A stretch of 64,000 nucleotides of DNA from an uncultured Acetatifactor sp. (GCA_950096775.1 CATNDL010000025.1:1338-65337), one strand, 5' to 3'; numbered from the stretch's first letter, positions 48,795 through 59,785 are shown. Numbers and translations: made by a program. The notes: generated from the sequence alone by a model not told the origin.

Positions 48795-50078
48795 TCAGGG
48801 GATCTGCAGATAGCTCACGTTCATGTCCACGTTCCCCGCAATGCCGTCCACCGCGCCCTTGGAGGTGTACTGCCACATATGGTAATACCCCTGGTACAGC
48901 GGCGTGTGCCGGTACTCTGCCAGCCAGATGCAGTAGTGCTCCAGCTTGTCCACATGGAGGTTGTTGTTGTACCAGTTGCGGCTGGCGTAGACCCCCGCCG
49001 TATAGCCCGCGTTGGCGATGGTGCGGCAGAAGGCCTCGCACACCGCCGTCCTGGTGTCCGCGTCCAGGTTGTCCGCCCGGCCGTTCCCCCCTGCCCCCTC
49101 CGTGTCGATGAACACAGGGTAGTCCAGGTCGTACTCCCGGATCAGCTGCAGCACCGCGGAGGCTTCCTCCACGGCCTCCACCTCATTCACCGCCTGGGTG
49201 AAGAAATACACCCCCACGGGCATGCCGCTGGCGGCCGCGCCCCGCATGTTGGCGGCAAAGCAGGAATCCTCCACCAGGCTCCCCGTGGTGGAGCCGCGAT
49301 ACCCCGCCCGGACGATGGCGAACTCCACGCCCGCGTTCTTCACCCGGTCCCAGTCGATCTCGCCGTTCCACTTGGACACGTCTATGCCCACCCTGGAATT
49401 GGCGGTGGAGGTCTGGAGCTGCGAGATTTCCGTGGCGTCCGCGTCCGCTATGGCGTCCGCCACCTCCGTGTCCTCCGCGGCCACGTCGATATCCGCCTCC
49501 GTGAGGAGCAGGAGGGAGATGTCGTCGATGGCCACATACTCCACCTTATCCTTCACCCGGACCTTCGTCCCGTTCTCCGGCATCCGGTATCCTTCCATGG
49601 GCATCAGCTCCACATAGTATTCCCCCGCCGACAGGTCGCCGATGTAGATGACCCCGTCCTTGTCCAGGTCCTTGTATTCCCCCAGCCCGTCCAGCCTGAC
49701 GAGGAAGCTCTCCCCTGTGACCAGCTCCCCCTGGGTGTCCACGATCTGGATGCGCAGGTCCTTCTCCACGGAGGTGACCATCATGGACAGCCTGGAGGCA
49801 TTGTCCCTGGCCGCCTCCAGGATGGGGTTCGACTCCGGGTCGAAGAAGGTGTCGTCCTTCAGGAATGCCGACAGGTCGTCCCCGATCTGCCCGTTGACCA
49901 CGCCGCTCTTTCCCGGATCCTGCTGCCCCTCCTCCTGCCTGCTTTCCGCCGGGGGCCGCCCGGTCCCTTTCGGTGCCTGGCCGCCCTGATCCCCGTTGGC
50001 GTACAGCACCAGGAGGGAGACCAGCAGGATCACCCCCATGGAGGCCAGGATGGCCATTCTGCGTATCTTAGAGTCCAT
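48795..50078 (-). CDS. Membrane-anchored GH25 muramidase (lysozyme)
   Basis: N-terminal TM helix; [31 protein letters not shown]. Confidence 0.9.
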   Translation of the reverse strand: MDSKIRRMAILASMGVILLVSLLVLYANGDQGGQAPKGTGRPPAESRQEEGQQDPGKSGVVNGQIGDDLSAFLKDDTFFDPESNPILEAARDNASRLSMMVTSVEKDLRIQIVDTQGELVTGESFLVRLDGLGEYKDLDKDGVIYIGDLSAGEYYVELMPMEGYRMPENGTKVRVKDKVEYVAIDDISLLLLTEADIDVAAEDTEVADAIADADATEISQLQTSTANSRVGIDVSKWNGEIDWDRVKNAGVEFAIVRAGYRGSTTGSLVEDSCFAANMRGAAASGMPVGVYFFTQAVNEVEAVEEASAVLQLIREYDLDYPVFIDTEGAGGNGRADNLDADTRTAVCEAFCRTIANAGYTAGVYASRNWYNNNLHVDKLEHYCIWLAEYRHTPLYQGYYHMWQYTSKGAVDGIAGNVDMNVSYLQIP

Positions 50079-50937
50079 TTGCTACCTCTACCAGATATTC
50101 TCCGTAATGGGTCTTCATCAGGGGCTGGGCCAGCGCGAGCAGCTGCTCCTTGTCGATGAAGCCCCTCTTGTAGGCGATCTCCTCGATGCAGGAGATGTAG
50201 AGGCCCTGCCTCTTCTGGAAAGCCGCCACGAAATCCGCGGCGTCCAGCAGGGAGTCGTGGTTCCCCGTGTCCAGCCAGGCGAAGCCCCGCCCCAGGGTCT
50301 CCACCCGCAGCGTCCCCCTGCGCAGGTACTCATTGTTCACGCTGGTGATCTCCAGCTCCCCCCTGGCGGAGGGCTTCACGTTCCTGGCGATTTCTACTAC
50401 ATCACTGTCGTAGAAGTACAGGCCCGGCACCGCGTAATTGCTCTTGGGCTTCTCCGGCTTCTCTTCGATGGAGAGGGCCTTCCCGCTCTCGTCGAACTCC
50501 ACCACCCCGTACTCCCTGGGATCCCGGACATAATAGCCGAAGATGGTGGCTCCCTTCTCCCTGGCCGCCACCTCCCGCAGCACCCGCGAGAAGCTCTGTC
50601 CGTAGAAGATATTGTCCCCCAGCACCAAGGCCACCCTGTCTCCGCCTATGAAGTCCGCCCCGATCAGGAAGCTCTCCGCCAGCCCGTTGGGGGCTTCCTG
50701 CACCGCGTAGGACAGCTCCATGCCAAGCTGGCTCCCGTCCCCTAAAAGCTCCCGGAACACGGGAAGGTCCCTGGGCGTGGAGATGATCAGGATCTCCCGG
50801 ATGCCCGCCAGCATCAGGGTGGACATGGGATAGTAGATCATGGGTTTGTCGTATACCGGCATGATCTGCTTGGAGACCGCCTTGGTCAGAGGATACAGCC
50901 TGGTGCCGGAGCCTCCCGCTAAAATGATTCCCTTCAT
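50068..50937 (-). CDS. rmlA: Glucose-1-phosphate thymidylyltransferase
   Basis: [46 protein letters not shown]. Confidence 0.97.
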   Translation of the reverse strand: MKGIILAGGSGTRLYPLTKAVSKQIMPVYDKPMIYYPMSTLMLAGIREILIISTPRDLPVFRELLGDGSQLGMELSYAVQEAPNGLAESFLIGADFIGGDRVALVLGDNIFYGQSFSRVLREVAAREKGATIFGYYVRDPREYGVVEFDESGKALSIEEKPEKPKSNYAVPGLYFYDSDVVEIARNVKPSARGELEITSVNNEYLRRGTLRVETLGRGFAWLDTGNHDSLLDAADFVAAFQKRQGLYISCIEEIAYKRGFIDKEQLLALAQPLMKTHYGEYLVEVANGL

Positions 50938-51036
50938 AACATACCTCCGTCTGCGTCTCAAAACGCGCTAAATGGGAACGATGTGATTCGTCCCCATTTT
51001 TCCCGGGAATTGTTCAGGTCGTTCCTGAGCAATCCC

Positions 51037-52119
51037 TTACTTTTCGTACATGTCGGCGTAATATTTCTGGTAATCGCCGCTGGTCACGTTCCTCATCCAC
51101 TCCTCATGCTCGAAGAACCACTGGATGGTCCTGCGGATGCCCTCCCTGAACATGGTCTCCGGCTGCCACCCGATGGCCGCCTTGATCTTGTCCGGCGCGA
51201 TGGCGTATCTGCGGTCATGTCCCTTGCGGTCCTCCACATAGGTAATCAGGTCTGTGGTCACATGCGCCTTTCTGGGGTCGTCGTCCGGCAGCATCTCCTG
51301 CAGGGTCTCTATGATGATATGGATGATCTCGATGTTCTGCTTCTCGTTATGGCCGCCTATGTTGTAGGTCTGGAACAGCTCTCCCTGCTCCTGGACCATG
51401 TCGATGGCCTTGGCGTGGTCCTCCACGTAGAGCCAGTCCCTGACGTTCTTGCCGTCTCCGTACACGGGGAGCTTCCTGCCCTGCAGGCAGTTGTTGATGA
51501 TCAGGGGGATCAGCTTCTCCGGGAACTGATAGGGGCCGTAGTTGTTGGAGCAGTTGGTGATGTTGGCCGGGAAACGGTAGGTGTCCATATAGGACTTCAC
51601 CAGCATGTCCGCCCCCGCCTTGCTGGCGGAGTAAGGGCTGTGAGGGTCGTAGGGCGTGTCCTCATAGAAGAACGCGCTGTCGTCATCCGGCAGGGAGCCG
51701 TACACCTCGTCCGTGGACACATGCAGGAATTTCTTCCCGGGCCTGAAGCCGCCCTCCGGCAGCTCCCAGGCCTCCTTTGCGCAGTTCAGCATCACGGCCG
51801 TCCCCAGCACATTGGTGCGCACGAACACCTCTGGTTCCCGGATGCTCCTGTCCACATGGCTCTCCGCCGCGAAATGCACCACGCGGTCGATGTCGTTCTC
51901 CGCGAATATCCGGGAGATGGCCTCCTTGTCGCAGATGTCCGCCTTCACGAAGCTGTAGTTCGGATTGCCCTCCAGGCTCTTCAGGTTCTCCAGATTGCCC
52001 GCATAGGTCAGAAGGTCCACGTTGATGACGCGGATGTCGTCACCGTATTTCCGGAACATATAATGGATATAGTTGGAGCCGATGAAACCGGCGCCTCCTG
52101 TCACAAGATAAGTACGCAT
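51037..52119 (-). CDS. rmlB: dTDP-glucose 4,6-dehydratase
   Basis: VTGGAGFIGSN, HFAAESHVDRSI, HVSTDEVYG, YSASK, NCSNNYGP. Confidence 0.97.
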   Translation of the reverse strand: MRTYLVTGGAGFIGSNYIHYMFRKYGDDIRVINVDLLTYAGNLENLKSLEGNPNYSFVKADICDKEAISRIFAENDIDRVVHFAAESHVDRSIREPEVFVRTNVLGTAVMLNCAKEAWELPEGGFRPGKKFLHVSTDEVYGSLPDDDSAFFYEDTPYDPHSPYSASKAGADMLVKSYMDTYRFPANITNCSNNYGPYQFPEKLIPLIINNCLQGRKLPVYGDGKNVRDWLYVEDHAKAIDMVQEQGELFQTYNIGGHNEKQNIEIIHIIIETLQEMLPDDDPRKAHVTTDLITYVEDRKGHDRRYAIAPDKIKAAIGWQPETMFREGIRRTIQWFFEHEEWMRNVTSGDYQKYYADMYEK

Positions 52120-52172
52120 TTTTTATCTCCTTCCTTTGGGTAAAGCTGCTCTTAGTATAACCATTCTCCGCA

Positions 52173-55100
52173 TCAATAGCCAAGGTAGCTGATGTTCATG
52201 TCCACATTGCCGCTGATGCCGCTGACGCTGCCCGTGGATCTGTACTGCCACAGATCGTACCTGCCCTTGTAGGTGGGAGACGCGGCGTACTGGGCCATCC
52301 ATATCTTGTAGGCGTTCAGGGACGCGGCGTCTATCTGGGTCTCCAGCCAGTGCTTGTTGGAGTAGACGCCCGCCGTGTAGCCTGCGTTCTGGATGGTCTG
52401 GCAGAATGCCCTGCACACGGCCGTCCTGGCTGTCTTGTCGATGCGGTCGCCCCGGCCGCCGCTGGACTCCACATCCAGGAATACAGGATAGGAAATCTTG
52501 TAATTCCTGATCTGGTCCAGCACCATGGAAGCCTCCTCCACTGCCTCCACCTCATCCAGGGCCTGGGAGTAGAAGTAGACGCCTACCTTCAGTCCGGCAG
52601 CGATGGCCCCCTGTATATTCTCCTCAAATCTGGGATCCACGATCAGCTTGCCCTCCGTGGAGCCCCGGTAGCCGCAGCGTATGATGACGTAGGAGATGCC
52701 GGAGTTCTTCACGGCGCTCCACTGTATCTTCCCATTCCATTTGGACACGTCGATGCCCACGGTGCCGCTGCCTACCACCAGGGAGCCGTCGCTGGCGAAA
52801 TTGTACTTCGCCCCCTGGATGACCTGCTCCCCCGTGACCTTCTTGCCGTCGGCCGTGAAGTAGTACACCTTTCCGTCAATGGTCTGCCAGCCGGTATATT
52901 TGGCGTCCGCCTTCACATAGAAAGCGCCTGCCGTGTAGTAATCGGCATTGGTGGCCTCCCGATAATCATTGTTCTCCAGGACGTATATCTGTCTGCCGCT
53001 CACATCCTTCAGAAGGGTGCGGGAATCCTCTCTGGGATTCCGCTTCACGGTGACGGCGCAGGTGGCGGTGACGGTCTCCGTCCCCTCGGTGTAGCTGATG
53101 GTGACGGTGGCGCTGCCCTCCGCCATTCCGGTGACAGTGACCACATTGCCCTGGGCGCTGACGGAAGCCTTCCCCGCGTCGGAGGATGTGGCCGTCACGT
53201 TCACCACGGAGGCGGCGTTGACTACGGTGGCAGTGATGTTCACCGATGTCTGGGTGTATACCGTCAGGGCGTTCTTGTCCAGCCGCATCACCATTTCGCC
53301 CTTGATGGTCACGGTGAGCACGGCCTTCCCGGCGGTCTCCGCCTTGCCGTCCTTATAGTTCGCCGTTATGGTCAGGTTCGCCGTGCCGGCGGCCTTGCCC
53401 TGTATGGTGATATTGCCCTTCGAGTCGATCACGGCGGTGGCCACCGCGGCATTGTCCGAGCTGATGATATACTCGATGGCGCCGCCCTCCTTGGAGCCCG
53501 ATGCCGTGGCTATCGCAGCCATCGTCCCGCCCACCGTTCCGGTCAGGGCCGCCTGGTTCACGGTGACGCTCACCGGCGCCAGGGTAGGCGTGGGGGTGGG
53601 TGTCGGCGTGGGCGTAGGGGTAGGGGTCGGTTCCGGCGTGGGTGTCGGTGTCGGTTCCGGGGTAGGAGTGGGCGTCGGTGCCGGGGTGGGCGTAGGTGCC
53701 GGCGTAGGCGTGGGCGTAGGGGTAGGGGTCGGTTCTGCCGTAGGCTCCGAAGTGGGTTCCGGCGTAGATGTAGGCGCTTCCGTGGGCTGGGATGCCTCCG
53801 GCGCTTCCGTGGAATCCTGGCCCGGGTCCTCAGCCGTCTCGCCGGGCACGTCCTCCGCCCCTTCCGTCCGGGCTCCTTCCCCTGGCAGTCCGGCGTCCTC
53901 GCCCATATGCAGCAGCCACCTCCCCGCTGCCGCCAGCGTCATGGGATCCGGTATGGTGCTCCTGTCCACCGCCTCATAGGAAGTGGCCACCACGCTGCTC
54001 TCCACCCAGGGCACCGTATCCTGCAGGCTGGACTCCACCTGGGTATCGTTCTTCTTGGTGTCCTCCTGGCTGGCGTTTACCTCGCTCTCCTGCTTCACCT
54101 CATTGGACACGTCTACTTTCTTGTAGTCGATTTCCTTCTTGACCTCCACGGACTGGGTGTCCAGGGAAAGGATGTAATCGGCATATTTTTCATCCGTCAG
54201 GGCCTCCATGGCCACCTTGTATGTACCCGGCTTAATCTCCTTCTTATAAATGATTCCGTCCATGTCGTCATCCGACCAAATGGCCGTCTTGCCGTCCGCA
54301 TCCGTCACCGTCACCGAAAAGGGCACATTGGGCACCAGCTTCTCCGTCTTTCTGTTGACGAACTTGATCTTCAGATCCTTCTGGATGGAGGTGAAGCTGG
54401 GCAGCACGGATATCTGCCTCTCATAGCCGCTCTCGTCATAGTCCTTCTTCGGCTTCTCCTGGGAATCCCCGTCCACTATGTCGGATGCCGAGGACCTGCG
54501 GGCATTGGCTACGGCCAGCAGCCCCTGCTCTCCGATCATGGTGATGCCGTCCATCTGGGAGCCCACCTCGGCGAAATCGGCCACCTGCCTGTCTGTGGCG
54601 CTTGCGCCGAAGAATACGCAGCCCGTCACGATTGCCAGAATCAGCACCGCAGCGCCGGTGCCTGCCATCACCTTGTCCATGGTGTCCATGCCCCGCAGCG
54701 CTCTCCCCAGCTTCGCCAGAAAGCCCGCCCCGGGCCCCTTCGCCTGTGCGCCTACGGGTCTGCGGGCAATATCCCCGGAACGGGACCTCTCCGCCGCGGG
54801 ACGGGTCTGCGTCCCCCTGGCATAGGACTGCCTCTCTCCGGGGCGGGAAGCCCTCCGCCCGGCAGGGACCTCCCCGTACTCCCCGTACCGTTCCTCCTCA
54901 CCGGCGTATGCGTCGGCGAACTCTTCCTCTTCGTCCCCGTAGTCCCCGTAAGGATCCCCGGGCCTGTGCCCGTCCTCCGCGAAAGCCCCGCCGGCCCTTG
55001 TCCCACGGGCGTATGCGTACCTGTCCTCCCTGCAGGGAATGTCCTCTTCCTCCGATTCATACCCGATCCAGCCCCGGTCTTCCTCCGCCTCCCAGGCGCG

Positions 55101-55349
55101 CATCCCCTCTTCCTCTTGCGCATCCGCCATGCCGTCTATGCTATATCTGTCCGCCCCGTCTTCCATGTAGGCCTCCGGATCCGCATCTTCCATCTCTTCG
55201 CAGGTGCCTGTATAGGAATCTTCATAGGAGCCCTCACCGTCGTCTCCGTACACGGAATCCTCCCTGTCCCAGTCATGCTCCTGTCCGTCATATGCTTCCC
55301 AGTCCCGGGCCTTTTTATCAGAACGGCTGAACAATCTTTTCATGGTCAT
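52173..55349 (-). CDS. Large modular GH25 muramidase (acidic cytoplasmic region, TM, Pro-Thr linker, Ig-like domains, cell-wall-binding repeat, GH25)
   Basis: GIDVSKWNG...FLDVE...WQY; [11 protein letters not shown] repeat; TM helix near residue 230; start ATG 55349 or 55343. Confidence 0.88.
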   Translation of the reverse strand: MTMKRLFSRSDKKARDWEAYDGQEHDWDREDSVYGDDGEGSYEDSYTGTCEEMEDADPEAYMEDGADRYSIDGMADAQEEEGMRAWEAEEDRGWIGYESEEEDIPCREDRYAYARGTRAGGAFAEDGHRPGDPYGDYGDEEEEFADAYAGEEERYGEYGEVPAGRRASRPGERQSYARGTQTRPAAERSRSGDIARRPVGAQAKGPGAGFLAKLGRALRGMDTMDKVMAGTGAAVLILAIVTGCVFFGASATDRQVADFAEVGSQMDGITMIGEQGLLAVANARRSSASDIVDGDSQEKPKKDYDESGYERQISVLPSFTSIQKDLKIKFVNRKTEKLVPNVPFSVTVTDADGKTAIWSDDDMDGIIYKKEIKPGTYKVAMEALTDEKYADYILSLDTQSVEVKKEIDYKKVDVSNEVKQESEVNASQEDTKKNDTQVESSLQDTVPWVESSVVATSYEAVDRSTIPDPMTLAAAGRWLLHMGEDAGLPGEGARTEGAEDVPGETAEDPGQDSTEAPEASQPTEAPTSTPEPTSEPTAEPTPTPTPTPTPAPTPTPAPTPTPTPEPTPTPTPEPTPTPTPTPTPTPTPTLAPVSVTVNQAALTGTVGGTMAAIATASGSKEGGAIEYIISSDNAAVATAVIDSKGNITIQGKAAGTANLTITANYKDGKAETAGKAVLTVTIKGEMVMRLDKNALTVYTQTSVNITATVVNAASVVNVTATSSDAGKASVSAQGNVVTVTGMAEGSATVTISYTEGTETVTATCAVTVKRNPREDSRTLLKDVSGRQIYVLENNDYREATNADYYTAGAFYVKADAKYTGWQTIDGKVYYFTADGKKVTGEQVIQGAKYNFASDGSLVVGSGTVGIDVSKWNGKIQWSAVKNSGISYVIIRCGYRGSTEGKLIVDPRFEENIQGAIAAGLKVGVYFYSQALDEVEAVEEASMVLDQIRNYKISYPVFLDVESSGGRGDRIDKTARTAVCRAFCQTIQNAGYTAGVYSNKHWLETQIDAASLNAYKIWMAQYAASPTYKGRYDLWQYRSTGSVSGISGNVDMNISYLGY
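53583..53775. repeat. Pro-Thr linker repeats
   Basis: (PT)n interrupted by PE/PA. Confidence 0.9.
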
Positions 55350-55386
55350 TTCCCTTTCCAAAACGAAACCGTAATAATTCTGTAAT

Positions 55387-55415
55387 AGTATAGCATCCTT
55401 TCTGCGCCACTTCAA
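55387..55415 (-). promoter_or_regulatory. Sigma-A promoter of the GH25-rml operon
   Basis: TTGAAG-N17-TATACT with TG extension. Confidence 0.65.
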
Positions 55416-55489
55416 GCGAAATCCCATTTCTTCATAATTTTTTAAAATCTTAAAATACTTTAAAAACTTTTAAAGTCCCATTAATATTA

Positions 55490-55518
55490 TGGACTTTCGC
55501 CTCTCATAATAGTAAAAT
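55490..55518 (+). promoter_or_regulatory. Putative sigma-A promoter of the SGNH gene
   Basis: TGGACT-N17-TAAAAT. Confidence 0.55.
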
Positions 55519-55546
55519 GAGATTCATAAAGAAACGGAGAATACCT

Positions 55547-56701
55547 ATGAAGAACAGAAAACTTTCCCCAAGCGATCCACAGCAGCACAGAATCCCCGAC
55601 CTGGACATCATAGACTTAGAAGCACAGAGCCCCTTGGACGATGCCCGGCCAGGCGCATCGGGCGGCTCCCCGGAGGAGGCCAGCGGCCGGGAGGGCGGAA
55701 AGAAGCGGTGCCCTGCCTGGCTCAATATCCACACCGTGCTGCTGGCAGTGGCGGTGCTCTTCGTGGCAGGAATCGTGTATAAGGTCATGACCTTCGGCGA
55801 GTACGTGGACCTGGACGAAATCTTCTCCGACGGGCCCGGGGAGTACAGCGATACCTACGATACGATCCTGCCCCTGCTGGACGAATCCAGCAATCCCGTG
55901 TACAAGGACTACAGCCAGGGCGCCACGATCCTGGCCTTCGGCAACGCGCCCTTTGCGGATGACAGGGGCTCCGAGGACAATCTGGTGAGCCTCATGCAGA
56001 AGGAGACGGGCACCACCATCTATAACTGCTCCATCAGCGGGAGCCTCATGACCACCGTGCTCAATGACCTGCACGCGGATACCGCCCCCTGGGACGTGTT
56101 CAACGCCTACTGGCTGTGCAACATCCTGGCCGGCAGCGAGAAGGCGGACAAAGAGTACCTGGAGGCGCTGGAGTTTTTAGGCGATGAGGCCCCGCCGGAG
56201 GCCAAAGAGGTCTACGACACCCTGAAGTCCATCGACCTGGACGATGTGGACGCCATCGTGATCATGTATGACGCCAGCGACTATCTGGCCGGGCGCCCCA
56301 TGAGCAATCCGGGGAACGCCACCGACATCACCACCTTCGCGGGCAACACCGAGGCCATCATCGAATACCTGCACTATTTTGCCCCCAATACCCGCGTCAT
56401 CATCATGTCCCCCACCTACGCCTTCGCCCTGGAGGACGACGGGACGTACATCAGCAGCGACATGAAGCGCTACGGACAGGACGTGCTGAGCATCTATGCC
56501 ATCCTGCAGTATGCCTCCTGCGTCTCCAGGAGCACCACCTTTGTGGACAACATATACAACACCATCAATGAGGACAATGCGGAGAAATATCTGGAGGACC
56601 ATCTGCACCTGAACCTGAAGGGCAGAAAAAAAGTAGCCGAACGCTTCGCCTACGCGCTCAACTACTATAATCAGGATCCCCGTACCGGAGCACAGGAGTA
56701 G
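55547..56701 (+). CDS. Membrane-anchored SGNH/GDSL-like hydrolase
   Basis: TM helix, block I-like AFGNAPF (Ser replaced by Asn), IMYDASD, EDHLHLN; GGAGA RBS before ATG 55547. Confidence 0.7.
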   Translation: MKNRKLSPSDPQQHRIPDLDIIDLEAQSPLDDARPGASGGSPEEASGREGGKKRCPAWLNIHTVLLAVAVLFVAGIVYKVMTFGEYVDLDEIFSDGPGEYSDTYDTILPLLDESSNPVYKDYSQGATILAFGNAPFADDRGSEDNLVSLMQKETGTTIYNCSISGSLMTTVLNDLHADTAPWDVFNAYWLCNILAGSEKADKEYLEALEFLGDEAPPEAKEVYDTLKSIDLDDVDAIVIMYDASDYLAGRPMSNPGNATDITTFAGNTEAIIEYLHYFAPNTRVIIMSPTYAFALEDDGTYISSDMKRYGQDVLSIYAILQYASCVSRSTTFVDNIYNTINEDNAEKYLEDHLHLNLKGRKKVAERFAYALNYYNQDPRTGAQE

Positions 56702-56702
56702 G

Positions 56703-57485
56703 TCACCCGGCAGCCGGTACGGTCAGCTCCACGGCCGTGTTCCGGTATATGATATACCCCTGCGTCTCCCCGAACCGCTCCCAGCCGTAGTCCTCCGGCT
56801 TCCCCCTTACCTTCTGGCCGGGGCGGAATATCACATAGTGGCAGCCGTTTTCGGTGGCCAGGGGGGCCAGGGTCTCCATCTGGATGACCTCCCGCTCCAT
56901 CTCGTCCCGGAGGGGGTTGTGGTAATGCCATTTGTTCACTGTCAGCTCCCGGCCATAGGGCATGCAGGTCACCGGGGAGTATTGGCGCACATACTGCACC
57001 AGCTCCAGGGGGAACGCCGCCTTCACCTCCCGCCCCGGCACCTGGATTGCGTCGCAGATCTCCACCACCGCGTCCGGCACATGGTAGATGTTCTCCGCCC
57101 GGGAGAAGAGGGGGCTGCTGTAGACATAGCTTCCCGATATCCCGATCAGGCCTGCGGCGCAGAGCGCGAACAGCTCCGCCCCGGTCTTTTTTTTCTGCGC
57201 CATCTGCCCGCAAATACATACGCATGTATACGCAATCACGATTGTGATGGGGAGCAGCCACAGGATCCTGTAATAGATCTCGCTGCCCACCACCCCGTAC
57301 ACCACGCCGGCGAACAGGGGATTGAAATACAAAAACAGCAGCGCCAGGGGCAGATAGAGGAAGAGAATCCTCCTGGGCCTGCACTTCTCATTAATCCACA
57401 GCCAGACAAGGCACAGGACATACCATATCCCGATCAGCCCCGTGCCCATGTATTCCCGAAACAAGGCAGATATTTCGCTCCACAT
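56703..57485 (-). CDS. Hypothetical membrane protein
   Basis: Four hydrophobic segments plus soluble C-terminal domain; YYRILWLLP; GGGAGG RBS. Confidence 0.7.
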   Translation of the reverse strand: MWSEISALFREYMGTGLIGIWYVLCLVWLWINEKCRPRRILFLYLPLALLFLYFNPLFAGVVYGVVGSEIYYRILWLLPITIVIAYTCVCICGQMAQKKKTGAELFALCAAGLIGISGSYVYSSPLFSRAENIYHVPDAVVEICDAIQVPGREVKAAFPLELVQYVRQYSPVTCMPYGRELTVNKWHYHNPLRDEMEREVIQMETLAPLATENGCHYVIFRPGQKVRGKPEDYGWERFGETQGYIIYRNTAVELTVPAAG

Positions 57486-57513
57486 ACGCCCTCCCGTCAC
57501 AAGGAACTTGAAC

Positions 57514-58584
57514 CTAGTCAAAAAGCAGGTACAGAACCGCATACGCCACACAGGGCAGGCAGCAGACGATCAGGGGCGCCAGTATCCCCGGCCGCTTATA
57601 GCACACGGCCCCGATCAGCCCCGCCAGCCCCACGGCCATGCATACCAGCAAGGCCCCCAAAGTGCTGCACAGGCATCCCGTCAGGGCCGCCGCGCCGAAC
57701 AGCACATAGAGCGCCGCGGGGATCCGCCGCTTCTCCTGGAGCCTTCGCAGCAGCAGCAGCAGCAGCAGCAGCAGGAAGGGGATCACGATGTTCCCCAGGG
57801 CCGCCTTGCCCTGCCTGCTCCTGGCAATCATGAAGTTCTCCACCGTGTAGATGGAATAGTTCCCGAACAGCACCAAAATCTCCGTAAATATCAGGAACAG
57901 CGCCTGCTGGCTCCCGCTGGCCGGGAACAGCTCCGCCGCGAACACCCGGTAAATCCCGTAGGTCATGGCGATCAGCGCAACAGGCAGCGCCACCTGGGCC
58001 ACCGTCACCACTTGCATCCCCGACAGCTTGGCCAGGAAGGCGATCCACAGGGGAAAGGGCGCCAGGCCATGCCTGCTGTCCAGCTGGGTCCCGCCCCCTG
58101 TATAGGGCAGCACCTGGTACATGGTGTCGGAATTCTCGGCCACGCTGGCTACGGCCACGTAATATGCATCGTCCGTATCCCCGTAGGCCAGCCGCACCGC
58201 CTGTACCAGCTGGAAGAGCAGGAGCCCCCAGAACACGATCCACAGCAGGACGCCCTCCCCGGACTTCCCGCCCTCCGCCCTCCGCGCCGGCAGGAAGGAC
58301 CATGCCCCCTCCCTCCTCCTGCGCCGCAGCTCCACCGCTGCCGCCAAGAGCAGGAGCAAGACCGTATACCCCGCAAAAAGCGCCGCCATATGGGAAAACC
58401 GCCGCTGCCGCAATATCATGGGCACGCAGATCAGCTGGAACCCGGCCCACAGCAGGAACTGTCCGCCCACCCACCGGAAGGCCGGGCCCTTCCCGTCCTC
58501 CCCGGCGCACAGGCCGCCGATGGCCATGGGAACCGCCAGCAGCAGGAGAATCAATATCAATACCTGAACCGCCACAATCCTCAT
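57514..58584 (-). CDS. Polytopic membrane protein, DUF6077/GT-C-like
   Basis: DTDDAYYV acidic motif after the TM helices, ARSRQGKA; many TM helices. Confidence 0.62.
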   Translation of the reverse strand: MRIVAVQVLILILLLLAVPMAIGGLCAGEDGKGPAFRWVGGQFLLWAGFQLICVPMILRQRRFSHMAALFAGYTVLLLLLAAAVELRRRRREGAWSFLPARRAEGGKSGEGVLLWIVFWGLLLFQLVQAVRLAYGDTDDAYYVAVASVAENSDTMYQVLPYTGGGTQLDSRHGLAPFPLWIAFLAKLSGMQVVTVAQVALPVALIAMTYGIYRVFAAELFPASGSQQALFLIFTEILVLFGNYSIYTVENFMIARSRQGKAALGNIVIPFLLLLLLLLLRRLQEKRRIPAALYVLFGAAALTGCLCSTLGALLVCMAVGLAGLIGAVCYKRPGILAPLIVCCLPCVAYAVLYLLFD

Positions 58585-59762
58585 CTCCCTTTCCGCCGCT
58601 TCCCGCCTACAAGCAGAAGCGGCCCCATGTACCATAGGGCATTGACGCCTATGGTCTGCCTGTAGTCCATCCTCCCCGCCCCCCGCATGGTCAGCGCCGC
58701 CACCAGGAGGCCCGAGGCCAGGATGCAGATTCCCAGGGACAGCACCGGCCTCCCGCCGGGCCGCCTCCGCTTTCCGGAGGGCTCTGTCCCCTTATCCGGA
58801 ACCGCCAGGAGGGGGGCCAGGATTCCGGAAATCCCCAACATGTACAGGAACCACCAGCACCCGTAATCCACATAGTCCCTGGTGAGCACCGGCGCGTTCT
58901 CCCGCATGACCTCGTAGTTCCTGCCGGAGTAGGAGTCGTATGCCTCCCCCTCCATCTGCAGCCTGAAGACCACAGGCGTCACCGCGTACCCCAGGACGTC
59001 CCAGCCGATCTGACGTATGACTATAGTTTTATGGTACTCCCAGCCCGTCTCCGCCATCCGCAGATAATATCCCCGGGCGGCCTCCGGGCCCACCCGGCTC
59101 TCCAGCCCCTCCTGAAGGAGGCGCATATTGTCCGGATACAGGGAGGCCTCCCAGGCCAGGGATCCCACGGCCTCCGCCACTTCCTCCCCGTAGAGCCCAA
59201 GATCCTGCCACAGCGTGGGCCAGGCGAAACGGCTGGCAAGCGCCCCCTCTAAGCTGTACCCCGGCTCGCCGCGCCTGTCCGCGTCCACTGCCCCGGACAG
59301 CCCCGCGTATACCGCCATGCAGAGCAGGGCCGCCAGAAGCCCCGCCCCCCGCCGCCCACCGGGGGGCCTGAGCAAGGCCAGCAGGAATATCAAAAACAGC
59401 GACCCCATCAGGGAATAGGGCTGCAGGGCCAGGTGGCACTGCAGGGCAAAGGGGACCGTCAGGACCGCCAGCCCCCGCCACAGGGCCAGCCCCATGCCCA
59501 CCGGCCGGATTTTCTGCAGGAAGAGGGATCCCGCCAGGAACGCCGCCGCAAGCTGCAGGATATACAGGGCGGCAGAGCTTCCTCCCAGAAGACCGAGAAG
59601 CCTCCCGTACAGGGCGGAATCCGGCTCCCCGAAGCCCTGCACCTGCCCGAAGCTGCAGCATATCCAGCAGATTCCCAGGAGAATCTGGATGCTGAAGCCT
59701 ATGAAAAGCATTCCTCTCAGCACCCCGCGCAGGCAGGGCGCCGCTTTCTTCACATATCCCAT
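58581..59762 (-). CDS. Hypothetical polytopic membrane protein
   Basis: Multiple TM helices and a large extracellular loop; stop overlaps the next start (ATGA). Confidence 0.65.
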   Translation of the reverse strand: MGYVKKAAPCLRGVLRGMLFIGFSIQILLGICWICCSFGQVQGFGEPDSALYGRLLGLLGGSSAALYILQLAAAFLAGSLFLQKIRPVGMGLALWRGLAVLTVPFALQCHLALQPYSLMGSLFLIFLLALLRPPGGRRGAGLLAALLCMAVYAGLSGAVDADRRGEPGYSLEGALASRFAWPTLWQDLGLYGEEVAEAVGSLAWEASLYPDNMRLLQEGLESRVGPEAARGYYLRMAETGWEYHKTIVIRQIGWDVLGYAVTPVVFRLQMEGEAYDSYSGRNYEVMRENAPVLTRDYVDYGCWWFLYMLGISGILAPLLAVPDKGTEPSGKRRRPGGRPVLSLGICILASGLLVAALTMRGAGRMDYRQTIGVNALWYMGPLLLVGGKRRKGR

Positions 59763-59785
59763 GGACTCCCCCGTGGCCCGGATCC

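Noticed and set aside
48685-49041. N-terminal extension of RmlC including QDKR repeats
   Set aside because: The upstream part overlaps the GH25 gene in another frame, there is no start codon in the spacer, and ATG 48684 has a strong RBS
52350-55385. Long plus-strand ORFs such as 52350-55385 (1011 aa), 42420-44762, 33348-35291, 2784-4454 and 673-2259
   Set aside because: Antisense shadows of well-supported minus-strand genes in high-GC DNA; no recognisable motifs or RBS
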